Of a DNA stretch of 64,000 nt, positions 37,637 to 47,744 are shown in pieces. The position numbers and the translations under genes were made by a program. How positions within the stretch are numbered: the stretch's first letter is position 1; each line of letters opens with the position of its first letter. The notes below the pieces were generated by a model, which worked only from the letters and a program-made list of their open reading frames with translations, made no database searches and had not been told where the DNA came from. The stretch covers positions 124,001-188,000 of the IMG/VR virus record IMGVR_UViG_3300048008_000449, one strand, 5' to 3'.

Positions 37637-39193
37637 TTATAGTAAGCTAAAAGGCATGGGTTCCATACCGTCATCATCGTCAAAATCTTCGTTTAAGTAC
37701 TCAAATGCACTTTCTTCATATTTTGATACTTCCATACTCATTCTTACTATTAAAACTAGTGCCATTACAAGGTCATCGTTTTCACCATCTTTGGCTGCAT
37801 AACTATTGCCTCTAGCGATAAATGTTTTTAATTCTCTTAATAGCGGTTTACTTGCTATTTCTAATTTTTCTGTTTCTACCCAATGCTTTAATTTACTACA
37901 TGCTGATATTTTACTTTTGTGTGTAGTAGTAAATCCTCGTCTATAACGTTTAGCATTACCATGTGATTTTGTTTCACTTAAAAATGTACCTGGAAAGTTT
38001 TCTTCTCCAGTTTCTTCAACAACTACTAATGCTGCTTCTCCTAGTGTATTGTTTTCCATACTGTAATATATTTCACAATCACCGTTTGTTTCACTTTCAA
38101 TATATTGTGATATTTCTCTTAATATTTTTACTTGACCTTGAACCGTAGTTCTGTTATGCATCCACTCTGCAACTTGTTTCATTCCTGGCATACTGTATAC
38201 TTGAATAGCACTATTGTCGCCGCCGGTACCTAAACTAGGATCTAATGCTATTATATATAGTTTTCCTTTTGCTACCGGTGCATACCAACGTACTTGTCCT
38301 GCTTTAGCATAAGGATCACGTGCTTCCATATTACTAAGTCTAATACTATCAATAAGTGTTTCATCAAACGCAATAAATTCACAGTTATGTTCACGTCTAA
38401 ATCTTTCTTCACCAATTTTACCTTGTTCAATTTCTGCCCATTCCCAATCTCTATCTGGATGTACTTCCCATGAAGCTAGATAATGTGCAAATCCGTTAAT
38501 ACCTTGTTTTGTTTCATTTCCATGTTCATCTTGATTTTTATTAGCATCTCTCCAAATTTGTGCAAATTGATCATCATCCATGTTTGGTGTTGAAGTAATA
38601 ATACATTTACCACCTGTTGCTAGTGTAGGTGAAAGTGAAGTCCAAAATTCTTTAGCAATATTTGGTCTAACAAATGCAAACTCGTCTAAGTATGCTAACG
38701 ATATAGATAAACCACGTCCAGTATTTTCTGTTGTTGACTGTGCTACAATACGTGAGCCGTTATCAAATTCCAACGATCCTTTGTTATATGCAGTAACACC
38801 AGCTCTAATAAAATCAGGCAGTGTTTCGTATGCAAAACGTATACGTTGCATAATTTCACTTGCACCTGAATATTTGTGTGCCGCGATAAGAATAGTTTGA
38901 TCTGGATTAAACATTGCATACCATAGCAAGTATCCTGCCGCACAGGTACTTTTACCTGTTTGTCGTGCAAGCATACTAATACTATATCTATTATTATGAT
39001 ATGTATCTACTAGTTCTTCTTGGAAATCATATAGTGCAAACTTCATACGACCTTTAGTAGGATGCTGAATATAACAGTGTTCCTTCATAAAGTGTTTAGG
39101 ATCTTGAGTACATAGAGCAAGTTCTTGAATTTGCTCTTCTGTGTAACGTTCTTTTCTATAAGGGGTTTTGGTTAATTTTGTATCTACTGCCAT
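37637..39193 (-). CDS. terL: terminase large subunit (T4 gp17-like)
   Basis: LYDFQ, ARQTGKS, LDEFAF, ITSTPN, ALDPSLG, DDLVMAL. Confidence 0.96.
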   Translation of the reverse strand: MAVDTKLTKTPYRKERYTEEQIQELALCTQDPKHFMKEHCYIQHPTKGRMKFALYDFQEELVDTYHNNRYSISMLARQTGKSTCAAGYLLWYAMFNPDQTILIAAHKYSGASEIMQRIRFAYETLPDFIRAGVTAYNKGSLEFDNGSRIVAQSTTENTGRGLSISLAYLDEFAFVRPNIAKEFWTSLSPTLATGGKCIITSTPNMDDDQFAQIWRDANKNQDEHGNETKQGINGFAHYLASWEVHPDRDWEWAEIEQGKIGEERFRREHNCEFIAFDETLIDSIRLSNMEARDPYAKAGQVRWYAPVAKGKLYIIALDPSLGTGGDNSAIQVYSMPGMKQVAEWMHNRTTVQGQVKILREISQYIESETNGDCEIYYSMENNTLGEAALVVVEETGEENFPGTFLSETKSHGNAKRYRRGFTTTHKSKISACSKLKHWVETEKLEIASKPLLRELKTFIARGNSYAAKDGENDDLVMALVLIVRMSMEVSKYEESAFEYLNEDFDDDDGMEPMPFSLL

Positions 39194-39224
39194 AATATTA
39201 TTTATCTACGTAGTTAACAAAGAA

Positions 39225-39251
39225 AAACAGCGTAGACTAGCTACGCTGTTT
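39225..39251 (-). terminator. intrinsic terminator
   Basis: AAACAGCGTAG-actag-CTACGCTGTTT with T tract on the minus strand. Confidence 0.85.
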
Positions 39252-39269
39252 AAAGGGGATGTTATATTA

Positions 39270-40961
39270 TTATTTTTTATTTTTAGACGCTTTATATGCT
39301 TCTTTGATATCTTCAACTTTATGTTCTTTTAAGCCTACTTTCATATCTTCTGCATCTAAGTATCTTTTTAAACTTAGGTTCACGCTTTGTGCAAAGTTTT
39401 CGTATGGCTCACCATGTGATGTAGCTTCTTCTTCAGCTGCGCCTTCTGGTGTGTTTGCCCATTCGTTTAATTTTTCATTAATTTTTTCTTCGCTTAATCC
39501 TGCGTTCTTTAATAAGTTTATTAATTGTGTCGTGTCCATAGTTGGTGCCTCATTAACTTGTTCTTCTTTAGATTCTTTCATTTCGCTCATGCATGCCTCA
39601 CACATTTCTTTTAGTTTGTCTTGATCACAATCTGAATATTTTTTGCAAATTTCTGTTAGTGTCATTCCATCTTTACAACATTGCATTACGTCTGCTTTTA
39701 ATGGCATTTTGTCGTCTGCTTCATTTACAGATTCATCTGCTTTGTCGTCATCTTTAGAACCTTTTTTCTTAGCTAACATTTTTTCGAATGCTGCTTTTTG
39801 TGCTGGGCTTTGTGCTTCATTAACTTCTTCTTCTTTTACCCAATGATCGCCTGCCGCATCATGTGAATCATGTGTGCATTCACAACCTGGTTTAGGAGCA
39901 TCAATTTTACATCCGCAATCACTGCATACGCCTGATGCTTCAGTTACTTCCGCTTCCATTAAACCTAGCTCTTTTAATCTAGCTTCAATTGCTGGTCTTG
40001 CGTCTGCATCTGGTCCCATGTCAACTGACATTTGGTGGAATGTATCAAATAACTCATCGTCGCCTAATAAACCATACATTACATCACAAGCATTGTCACC
40101 GTCTTCACCTACTAATAATGGTTCTGCCATTATTTCTTTTAATTTTTCTACTTGTTCTGGTGATTCTGGAACTGCCCATGTACCTTCTTTAACAGGAGTT
40201 TGTTTTGCACCTGTTCCTGATAGATCTAAAATTCTACCTAATGCTTCTGCAAACTCATCATTTACTGAGTCAGATAATTTGTCTCTGCCCCATTTAAATT
40301 TACCGTCTTTTGGATTTGGTTTCATCCTAGTAATAATATCTTTGTTTACACCTAATCCATCATTTTTACGTGCATCTGCTTTTGCTTGATAAAATGGATT
40401 GTCTGCATGTGTGTATGAACTATCGCCTGATACTTTACGTACTGCATCTTGTGGCATTGTAGCATTACTCTTGCCCACTTTAATAGCGTTTGCTGTACTT
40501 GCTACTTTATTGTAACGATCCTGATAATTTTCTACTTGGTATGTTTTACCATCTACTTTAAATTCTTTTTTACCAGCTTTTCTAGCTTTTTCTAATTCAC
40601 CTGAAAATTCGTTGCCTTCATCTACATCTGCTTCATCAATTTCTGCTTCATCAATTTCTGCTTCTACAGATTCTTCTGGATTTTCTACACCATTACCAAA
40701 ATCATGAACTCTACGATACTCGTCTACAAAGTCCTTAATCGTATCACCGTCTAAATATCTAATTAGATCACTGTATACTGGATGCTCTGCTTCACAACCT
40801 AATTCATCACATAAATCATAAATTGGATCTGCAAACTCGCCTACTGCTTCTGTTGTTGGTATATTTTCTTCTGGTATGTTTTCTTCTACTGCTGGAGCCT
40901 GGCTTTGAGCTCTGTCTGTGCCGTGGCTAGCAAGTTTTAATATTCTGTCTAAATCACTCAT
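39270..40961 (-). CDS. large acidic modular protein, putative prohead core/internal protein
   Basis: Repeated (V/I/L)xE-(A/G) sites, EAEID and EENIP repeats, two Cys clusters. Confidence 0.6.
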   Translation of the reverse strand: MSDLDRILKLASHGTDRAQSQAPAVEENIPEENIPTTEAVGEFADPIYDLCDELGCEAEHPVYSDLIRYLDGDTIKDFVDEYRRVHDFGNGVENPEESVEAEIDEAEIDEADVDEGNEFSGELEKARKAGKKEFKVDGKTYQVENYQDRYNKVASTANAIKVGKSNATMPQDAVRKVSGDSSYTHADNPFYQAKADARKNDGLGVNKDIITRMKPNPKDGKFKWGRDKLSDSVNDEFAEALGRILDLSGTGAKQTPVKEGTWAVPESPEQVEKLKEIMAEPLLVGEDGDNACDVMYGLLGDDELFDTFHQMSVDMGPDADARPAIEARLKELGLMEAEVTEASGVCSDCGCKIDAPKPGCECTHDSHDAAGDHWVKEEEVNEAQSPAQKAAFEKMLAKKKGSKDDDKADESVNEADDKMPLKADVMQCCKDGMTLTEICKKYSDCDQDKLKEMCEACMSEMKESKEEQVNEAPTMDTTQLINLLKNAGLSEEKINEKLNEWANTPEGAAEEEATSHGEPYENFAQSVNLSLKRYLDAEDMKVGLKEHKVEDIKEAYKASKNKK

Positions 40962-41451
40962 TGCCTTTTTCCTTTTCTTTTTTGAGTTTCGCTAACTCTT
41001 TAATAAATTTGTTGTTATATGCATCTCCAAAATGATCTTCAGCTTTGATTCCTGCTTTTTCATCTTTGCTGTATTCTGGCTCTGCTAATACACTCTTAAC
41101 TTCACCACCTTGTGGCGGTATTGCTTCATCTGGCTCATGTTCGCCTTTTACTTTAAGTACGCCATCAGCTAGACCAATCATATTACGGATGTCATTTTGT
41201 ATTTGCCATCCACTTGCAATAATGTTAGTTTCAAATTCGTATGTAAATACTTCGTACCCTCTAGCTTTAGGAAAATCACGTGGTGTACTTTGTAACATTG
41301 TTTTCTTCGCAGCACCGAGTCCTTTAGAGTCGTATTTTCCGAGGTGCTTCTCTATACGATCTTGTTGATCGTTGTTAAGTTCATGAATAGTTTTAATTTT
41401 AAACTTCCATGTTTTTTTAGCTTCCGTTAAGTATTCTGTGTACGATTTCAT
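40954..41451 (-). CDS. hypothetical head-associated protein
   Basis: N-terminus MKSYTEYLTEA resembles the T4 capsid-targeting sequence. Confidence 0.65.
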   Translation of the reverse strand: MKSYTEYLTEAKKTWKFKIKTIHELNNDQQDRIEKHLGKYDSKGLGAAKKTMLQSTPRDFPKARGYEVFTYEFETNIIASGWQIQNDIRNMIGLADGVLKVKGEHEPDEAIPPQGGEVKSVLAEPEYSKDEKAGIKAEDHFGDAYNNKFIKELAKLKKEKEKGNE

Positions 41452-41474
41452 TGCTGTGTATTCTCCTATTAATA

Positions 41475-42020
41475 CTATTTATCTTTTTCGGGCAAGTTCT
41501 TCATGATTTCGGCTAACATATCTGTTCTATTGCCGATAATACGCCCTTCTGCACCTTCTTCTTCGTCTAAGCCTAATTCACTGTTTTTTTGTGCTACATA
41601 TGCATCAATTTTTTGACTGTCTTTTTCAAGTCTAGCTTGTCGCATTTGTAACTCAATCATTTTCATTTTTTTATCCATTTTAGCTTGTTTTGCTTGTAAC
41701 GCTGCTGATATCATTTTTGCCGCACTATCAAATATTGGAGCAGCATGTCTATCTTCTACATTCTTACCTAAATCAACTAATTCGTCAAATGTTTCCATAG
41801 CTTTTGTAGCATATGCGTCCATTTCTCTATCTAATTGTTCTAAACCCTCAACTGTAGGTAATGCAACATTAGCACGTTCTACCATGCTCATTTCGCCTTT
41901 ATATTCAGCTATTTCATTTTTAATATCTTCAGTTGTAGGTTCTGTATGCTCTGCTTCTTCTTCAGGCATTAGATCATCTAAATTAGGTAAATTTAGTTCT
42001 TCTTCTAATTTTTTTGTCAT
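41475..42020 (-). CDS. probable terminase small subunit (gp16-like)
   Basis: Helical 181 aa, DRHAAPIFDSA..MI, C-terminal NRTDML; near gp4 and terL. Confidence 0.55.
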   Translation of the reverse strand: MTKKLEEELNLPNLDDLMPEEEAEHTEPTTEDIKNEIAEYKGEMSMVERANVALPTVEGLEQLDREMDAYATKAMETFDELVDLGKNVEDRHAAPIFDSAAKMISAALQAKQAKMDKKMKMIELQMRQARLEKDSQKIDAYVAQKNSELGLDEEEGAEGRIIGNRTDMLAEIMKNLPEKDK

Positions 42021-42061
42021 ATTAAGTTTCCAATTATACTAGTACTTATCCTTTTAAAATT

Positions 42062-42511
42062 CTACTTTTTTCTCTTTTTCTTAGAATTTTGAGGCTTGTT
42101 AAATATCTGATGTTCAGTTATAACTCTAAAGCCCATGCCTTGTGATTTACACCAAGCATGACACGCTGCCCATTTTGCTTGATTAACTACGGCAGCAGCT
42201 TTCTGTGCTTGTGTTCTTGCTTCTGCTATTGTTTGACTAGCAGGTTTTATTTCAACCATTTCAGCATGATTTTTTCCATTCTTATCTTTATATACAATAA
42301 GTAAATCAGGAACATATGTTGTTTGTTTTCCTGTTAATGGATTCTTATATGGAATTCTATGTGTTTCACTTCCCCAACCTAATATAGCTGGATGATTATC
42401 ACACATACGCATAACTGCAAGTTCCCATCCACTTCTATATTGTGGTGCTCTTTTACCTATATACTTGTCTGGCTGTTGTGGAACAAATTGTCCCCTTTGA
42501 AATTTTGGCAT
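42062..42511 (-). CDS. head completion protein (T4 gp4-like, TnsA-type nuclease fold)
   Basis: P.KY.G....YRS.WE..M..CD......W.SE...IPY..P.......Y.PD, EIKP, N.AKW.A. Confidence 0.9.
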   Translation of the reverse strand: MPKFQRGQFVPQQPDKYIGKRAPQYRSGWELAVMRMCDNHPAILGWGSETHRIPYKNPLTGKQTTYVPDLLIVYKDKNGKNHAEMVEIKPASQTIAEARTQAQKAAAVVNQAKWAACHAWCKSQGMGFRVITEHQIFNKPQNSKKKRKK

Positions 42512-43356
42512 TAACCTGCGCCGTTTGTAGGAGCAGGTACTTTATAAGATACACCATCAATATTTCTAATTTTTTCACCTTTTTTCAAAGTGCCGTCCCA
42601 TCTTTCTAATTGTGGCTTATTAGATAAAACCTTTGGTTTCTTTTCTTTTGGTACTTGAGCTGTATCAAGTTTTTCAAGAGACTGATCAATTACATAATTA
42701 TTTTCAGTTGTTTCGGATTCTGGAACGTCATTAAAACCAGCGTCTGGTGTTACAGTGTCATCCATAACAGGTGGTGGTGGAGATGTTCCATCACTTATAA
42801 TATTGTAACCTTCATATGCAAACGATACTCTAAATACCGATGCTGAACTATCAGCATAGTCAAGTGTATCAGTGTCAACGTTTGTAATGTATGGATTAAA
42901 TATTTCTATTATGTTTGATCTATTAGCCGTATCTTTTCTTTTAATTGTTAACGTAGTAATAAAATTTCTACTCTGTGGTAATTCTAATCCTTTTGGAGAT
43001 TGTAACCAAGAAGCATAATCATCTTCATTCATTGGACCAGCAAAATAATATCTTGCATAGTCTTTTAGAAAGTCTTCCATATAATGGTCTTTAGTATCAT
43101 ACGCTGTTAGAGTAATAGGAGTATAATCTATTCCAGTCTGTACAATATTTTTACTATTATATTTGTTTAATGTCTGCGTTCTGTATGTAAACGTAGGCAT
43201 TTGAATGTTAGCAATTCGTGTTAAATCTAGAGGTTGTGGACTTCCTACATAATTCAAGGATACAGTAAACGAATACTTGTTTCTTGGTATTGCGTCTATT
43301 TCACCTTGAGCTGAAGATTGTCCATATAAGTAATAACCTGCGTCACCGATTGCCAT
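42511..43356 (-). CDS. tail-tube-like baseplate junction protein (gp48/gp54-type)
   Basis: Tail-tube fold pattern (MP.F....LN.YN...Y.PI.L..YD; LDY.DS....V.F.YE); follows gp19. Confidence 0.7.
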   Translation of the reverse strand: MAIGDAGYYLYGQSSAQGEIDAIPRNKYSFTVSLNYVGSPQPLDLTRIANIQMPTFTYRTQTLNKYNSKNIVQTGIDYTPITLTAYDTKDHYMEDFLKDYARYYFAGPMNEDDYASWLQSPKGLELPQSRNFITTLTIKRKDTANRSNIIEIFNPYITNVDTDTLDYADSSASVFRVSFAYEGYNIISDGTSPPPPVMDDTVTPDAGFNDVPESETTENNYVIDQSLEKLDTAQVPKEKKPKVLSNKPQLERWDGTLKKGEKIRNIDGVSYKVPAPTNGAG

Positions 43357-43374
43357 TTTAGAGTCCTTTACTTA

Positions 43375-43983
43375 TTAAAGAGTAGAACCAGTATTGCTAA
43401 TATCGTTTGATGCTGATCCACTACTTAACTGGTCTGAACCATCAATAGTATGCAGTGCGTTATCAAAACGAACTGATAGTGTAACTTGTACCATGCTTGA
43501 ATCTGCGTAGTTTAAATCACCATACTGTACGTTAGTAATAAAGCAACCTTGTAATTCCCATGCATCAAAAGTTGCTGGTGATGTACTACCATTTGCACCA
43601 TCTAGTGTTTCAATCTTAACACCAAATTTGTATGCACTACCTGAGATTGCACTTGATTGATCTGCATGATCAACTTGTTTGTTTAGTTGGTTACCTAGCT
43701 TTTTAATAACATTTGATTTCATATCATCACGGAACACAATTGTTACTGGATCCCATGTATGCTTACCTGCAAGGTATATCTTTGAGTTGTACGAATCAAC
43801 TACAACTTCTTCATGTGTTAAATTTGGTCTGCCTGTGCTAATAACATTTTGTGTAACTTCATCAGTTCCACCTGTTCCACCTAAGTTACTAAATGTAACT
43901 CGGAAACGATATTGTAGCTTTGGCATAAGTGTAGTTCCTGAACTTGCATCAGTTGGTACACCAAAATTTGTAATTACGGCCAT
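43375..43983 (-). CDS. tail tube protein (T4 gp19-like)
   Basis: YRFRV.F, RPNL, YLAGKHTWDP, WELQGCF, GDLNY; downstream of sheath. Confidence 0.88.
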   Translation of the reverse strand: MAVITNFGVPTDASSGTTLMPKLQYRFRVTFSNLGGTGGTDEVTQNVISTGRPNLTHEEVVVDSYNSKIYLAGKHTWDPVTIVFRDDMKSNVIKKLGNQLNKQVDHADQSSAISGSAYKFGVKIETLDGANGSTSPATFDAWELQGCFITNVQYGDLNYADSSMVQVTLSVRFDNALHTIDGSDQLSSGSASNDISNTGSTL

Positions 43984-44053
43984 TTGTTTTTCTCCTATAA
44001 TACTATACTGTAGTATCTTCTTGTTATATTGTATTTATCAAATCAACACTCAA

Positions 44054-44087
44054 AAAGATAGGTCACTTCTAAAAGTAACCTATCTTT
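44054..44087 (-). terminator. inverted repeat, likely terminator
   Basis: AAAGATAGGTcACTT / AAGTaACCTATCTTT. Confidence 0.75.
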
Positions 44088-44106
44088 AGTATTTTTTATT
44101 GGTTGA

Positions 44107-44406
44107 TTAAACAACCCAGCCTTCTTGAGCGATAGTTTCGCCTAGTTGACCTGCTGATTGTCCTAAATGGACACTTGAATCTGATGCTAAAATATACTCT
44201 TTGAATTCTGCAACTTTTTCTGCAGTTTCAAATTGATATTTAATCCATATTTTAGTGTCAATTAGTTTGTATTCCATAACGACATCAATTTCACCTGGTG
44301 TGAAACCTAAAATTGCGTCAGAAATAGCTTGGTGAGCTGAAGATGCTTTGAACTGCTCTATTGAAGTCCAATCACCTGGTACTCTTCTAATTTTATTAGT
44401 TTCCAT
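44107..44406 (-). CDS. hypothetical protein
   Basis: 99 aa, AGGAG RBS. Confidence 0.75.
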   Translation of the reverse strand: METNKIRRVPGDWTSIEQFKASSAHQAISDAILGFTPGEIDVVMEYKLIDTKIWIKYQFETAEKVAEFKEYILASDSSVHLGQSAGQLGETIAQEGWVV

Positions 44407-44417
44407 AATAGTTCTCC

Positions 44418-45083
44418 TTAGTTACGGCTACAATCAACACCTTTACGGTCGCCCGCTGGGTGTGAGTATGGTAGCACATCAAGTAACCATTTTACTGTTT
44501 CTTCACGCTTGTCGTCATCGAGACTTAGTGCCGCACTTAAATGATATACTCCGTCAACAAAAGAAAATCCATAATGAACTTTTCTTGTGTTAATTGCGTA
44601 CCATCTACGTGCTTCTGGTTTAAAAATTTTACCATCTACAACAAAATGAAATTCTGCTGAGTTAGTGTGGTTTAAGTGACAAATCATTCTAAATGAATCA
44701 CCTGTGATTCCGTCTGGAGTAACTTGTCTCCATTTATCTCTGTGAGGAGCTAAGAAATCACCTTTATCGTATATTAATGAACCCAATGATTCAGTGTGTT
44801 CTGGTATGTTCCATGATTCTGGAATTACATTATATTCGTATCCTGCTTTAGGACCGTTATAATCATCGTTCACACGTGAACGTAGGATTTTTGATGGATC
44901 AGCATTTAGTGTGTCAATTTGTTCAATTGCATTATCTGGCACCCATGCATCTAGTTCGATGATGTCGCCTGCTGCGCCAAAAAGAAAATTAGTATCAAAT
45001 TTCATGCTAGTAGTTACTTCAGGGTTAAATCTGTGTTCACTCATGTTAGTAGCAATGATTTTAGCTTGTTCTAGTTTTACCAT
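44418..45083 (-). CDS. 2OG-Fe(II) oxygenase-like protein
   Basis: FLAPHRD, FR.ICHLN, INTRKVHYG. Confidence 0.65.
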   Translation of the reverse strand: MVKLEQAKIIATNMSEHRFNPEVTTSMKFDTNFLFGAAGDIIELDAWVPDNAIEQIDTLNADPSKILRSRVNDDYNGPKAGYEYNVIPESWNIPEHTESLGSLIYDKGDFLAPHRDKWRQVTPDGITGDSFRMICHLNHTNSAEFHFVVDGKIFKPEARRWYAINTRKVHYGFSFVDGVYHLSAALSLDDDKREETVKWLLDVLPYSHPAGDRKGVDCSRN

Positions 45084-45173
45084 GGTGTTATCCTTTTTTA
45101 TATAAATTATAGCTCATTAGCTGAACTATGTGCATTGCAATGTGCAACTGTATTTATCAGTTAATGTTAAATT

Positions 45174-45203
45174 AAAAAAGGCTACTATATCTCTATAGTA
45201 GCC
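45174..45203 (-). terminator. intrinsic terminator after tail sheath
   Basis: GGCTACTATA-tctc-TATAGTAGCC plus T6 on the minus strand. Confidence 0.88.
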
Positions 45204-45232
45204 CTTAATATTATTAGTTATGTATTAACGTC

Positions 45233-47650
45233 TTACGAAAGATCGCCAGTGTTTACAATTCTAATTGGAATGTAAATAAATTCTGCTGATTTTGTAGGCT
45301 CAATTGCTACGTCAACATAAAATTCATTTGCATCAATTCTTGCTGGTGTGTTATTTGTTGTATCACACACAACTGCAAAATCGTAAATACCACGCTGTTG
45401 TAAAATGTTAGCTAGGAAACCATCAAATACTGCTTTAGCATTTGCACGTGTTCCTGCATCATTTGGTTCAAATAAGAACGGTCTTGAAATAACTGCAAAA
45501 CGCTCTCTTAGATAAGCTGTAAGTCTAGCTACGTTCACTCTGTCTAATGCTGAAGCAGTTGTATGAAGTGATTTTTGACCAAATACAACAACGCCCTCTG
45601 CCGGGAATCTTGCAATTGGGTTCAATTTGTTATCATACATTGCATCTCTAGAACCTTGTGTTAGTGCTACTTTAACGAACTCGTCTTCGCTGTTTAAGTA
45701 ACCAACGTTTGATGCGTTTTGTACAACACCACGTGTTAAACCTGCTGGTGCAAACCATTGGAATGACACATTATCACTGTATGCATATGTGTATAATGCA
45801 ATGTGTGATGCTGGTGCAACAACGCTATCGCCTGTTACTGGATTTGTAGTTAATGCGTGTGGGTAGTAAACTGCTGAATAAGTATTCTTAGTTACTAGTC
45901 CTTTTTCACCATTTTCAGTTGCCGCTGTTCCTTGAATCCAAGAAACTGCTTCTGTTGCATTTAAACGGAATGGAGCATCAACAATAACAAATGCTGTTTC
46001 GTCTTTGTCGCTGTTTAGTGTTACCATTTCGTCGTATAGTTCTGGATATGCTGGAGCTGCAATTAAACGGAATTGAACTGTGTCTTCACGTAGTTCTGGT
46101 TTAGCTGCTGATGCTTGCATAGCTGTTGTGACAACTTTACGCTGAGCTAATCTACCAAATGAACCACTGCCATCGGCTGCATTGCTTGCTTTGTTACGCC
46201 ATTTCCAAGGTGTTGCTAGTGAACTATCATATTCTCTAACTGTGCTTGAAGATCTACACATGTTAATACCAGTTATTCCAACTGGATGTATTAGTGGATC
46301 TGGAGCACCTGCTAATAGAGTTGCTTCAAAGGCACCTGCTGCTGTAGCGTTGGCAGTAATGTCGCCAAATACTATACCTGCACTTGTGCTTTGATCTGTA
46401 CCATCTTTTAATATCCATGCTGTACCGTTATGTCTGTAAATTACAGGATAACCGTCTGCATCTGTATCTACCCAGTAATCACCATCTGATAGTGATCCAC
46501 CGGATCCGTCTGTAGTTGGAGCAATAGTTACATACTGTACATCAGAAACTTTTTGCCATTTCTGTGTTCCACTATCGCTTACTACTTCGTAAATTGCTAA
46601 GTCGTTAACATCTGGATCAAACCAAAGTGTACCATCTACTGGAGCACCTGTTGGTTGAGTTACTGATGCGTTCATTACAAATCCGCCTGTTGCTGTAGTT
46701 GGGTCTGTTGAGATGTCATCCCAATCATTACCAATACTGTCATAACGTTTAATTGAAATGTCTGAAGTAGCAGTGTCTAGCCAAATGTCGCCATCTGTTA
46801 ATGTACGTGATGTTGCTGATGAACCATCTGCAAACGTATCACTTGTAGCACCAGTTGGTGCTGAAGCTTGTGCGTATGTTGCTTTTTCAGAAACAAATGC
46901 GTCAGCTACTGTTGTAAATAATTTAAGATCTACATTTAATCCGCTACCCGGTGTTGTTGTTTTAATCCATACATCACCTACTGATGGGCCTGCTGGCGCT
47001 GAGTAGTGTGGTGCGAATGTTGGTGTAACTGCTACCCATGCTGGGTTAGAGTCACCTACATAGTATTCAATTTTTGTGTCTGTTGTAGAATTTGCAACTG
47101 CTACAAGGTATTCACCTTGAGTTGCTGATGTGCTTGGAGCACTTCCATCTGTAAGTTCTACTGTTGGAGTTTTTTCTACCCAGCCTGCTGCTGAATATTC
47201 GAATATACCCCAACTTGAAGTTGAAGGGCTTACCCAATATGTATTATTTGCAGGATTACCTGTTGGTTCTGCTGAAAGTGGTCTCAATGCTGTTAAGTCT
47301 ACATCAGAACGTACAATGTACGCCGCTGAACTTTGACCTAAAAATGAGTATGCTGCCAATAAACCGTATTCGTTAGTTTCATCACCTTGTGATACTGTGC
47401 CACTTACCTTACGGAAGTCGACATTACCAAAATATTGAGTTAATTCTCTTTGTGATGTAACTAGAACAGGTTGGTTTGAATTTGCAGACTTTGTAAATTT
47501 TGCAATACCATCGGTTTCAGTTAGGGTTGGATCAACCTTGTCCTGACCAGTGGCAATGAAAATCATTGGTACAGTACCGGCACCGGCTGGACCGTAAACT
47601 GATTCGTCTGTTACTGTTACCTGGACGCCAGGTGAAACAAGATTTGCCAT
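45233..47650 (-). CDS. tail sheath protein (T4 gp18-like)
   Basis: LVSPGV.V...DES, WFAPAGLTRG, NPI, GQKSL, DRVNVARL, LFEPND, EFIYIP. Confidence 0.95.
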   Translation of the reverse strand: MANLVSPGVQVTVTDESVYGPAGAGTVPMIFIATGQDKVDPTLTETDGIAKFTKSANSNQPVLVTSQRELTQYFGNVDFRKVSGTVSQGDETNEYGLLAAYSFLGQSSAAYIVRSDVDLTALRPLSAEPTGNPANNTYWVSPSTSSWGIFEYSAAGWVEKTPTVELTDGSAPSTSATQGEYLVAVANSTTDTKIEYYVGDSNPAWVAVTPTFAPHYSAPAGPSVGDVWIKTTTPGSGLNVDLKLFTTVADAFVSEKATYAQASAPTGATSDTFADGSSATSRTLTDGDIWLDTATSDISIKRYDSIGNDWDDISTDPTTATGGFVMNASVTQPTGAPVDGTLWFDPDVNDLAIYEVVSDSGTQKWQKVSDVQYVTIAPTTDGSGGSLSDGDYWVDTDADGYPVIYRHNGTAWILKDGTDQSTSAGIVFGDITANATAAGAFEATLLAGAPDPLIHPVGITGINMCRSSSTVREYDSSLATPWKWRNKASNAADGSGSFGRLAQRKVVTTAMQASAAKPELREDTVQFRLIAAPAYPELYDEMVTLNSDKDETAFVIVDAPFRLNATEAVSWIQGTAATENGEKGLVTKNTYSAVYYPHALTTNPVTGDSVVAPASHIALYTYAYSDNVSFQWFAPAGLTRGVVQNASNVGYLNSEDEFVKVALTQGSRDAMYDNKLNPIARFPAEGVVVFGQKSLHTTASALDRVNVARLTAYLRERFAVISRPFLFEPNDAGTRANAKAVFDGFLANILQQRGIYDFAVVCDTTNNTPARIDANEFYVDVAIEPTKSAEFIYIPIRIVNTGDLS

Positions 47651-47744
47651 ATTATAGCTCCTTTTCTATTTTAGAATATTATCTAAATTGTTATCTACAT
47701 GTATTTATTTAGATTTTGGAAAAACAGCGGTTTATAGAGTTAAC

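Noticed and set aside
42062-42511. Tn7 TnsA transposase
   Set aside because: Matches T4 gp4 head completion protein in motif and context; no transposon genes or ends
45090-45150. PreQ1-I riboswitch in the oxygenase leader
   Set aside because: The A-rich tail lacks the segment needed to pair with the loop
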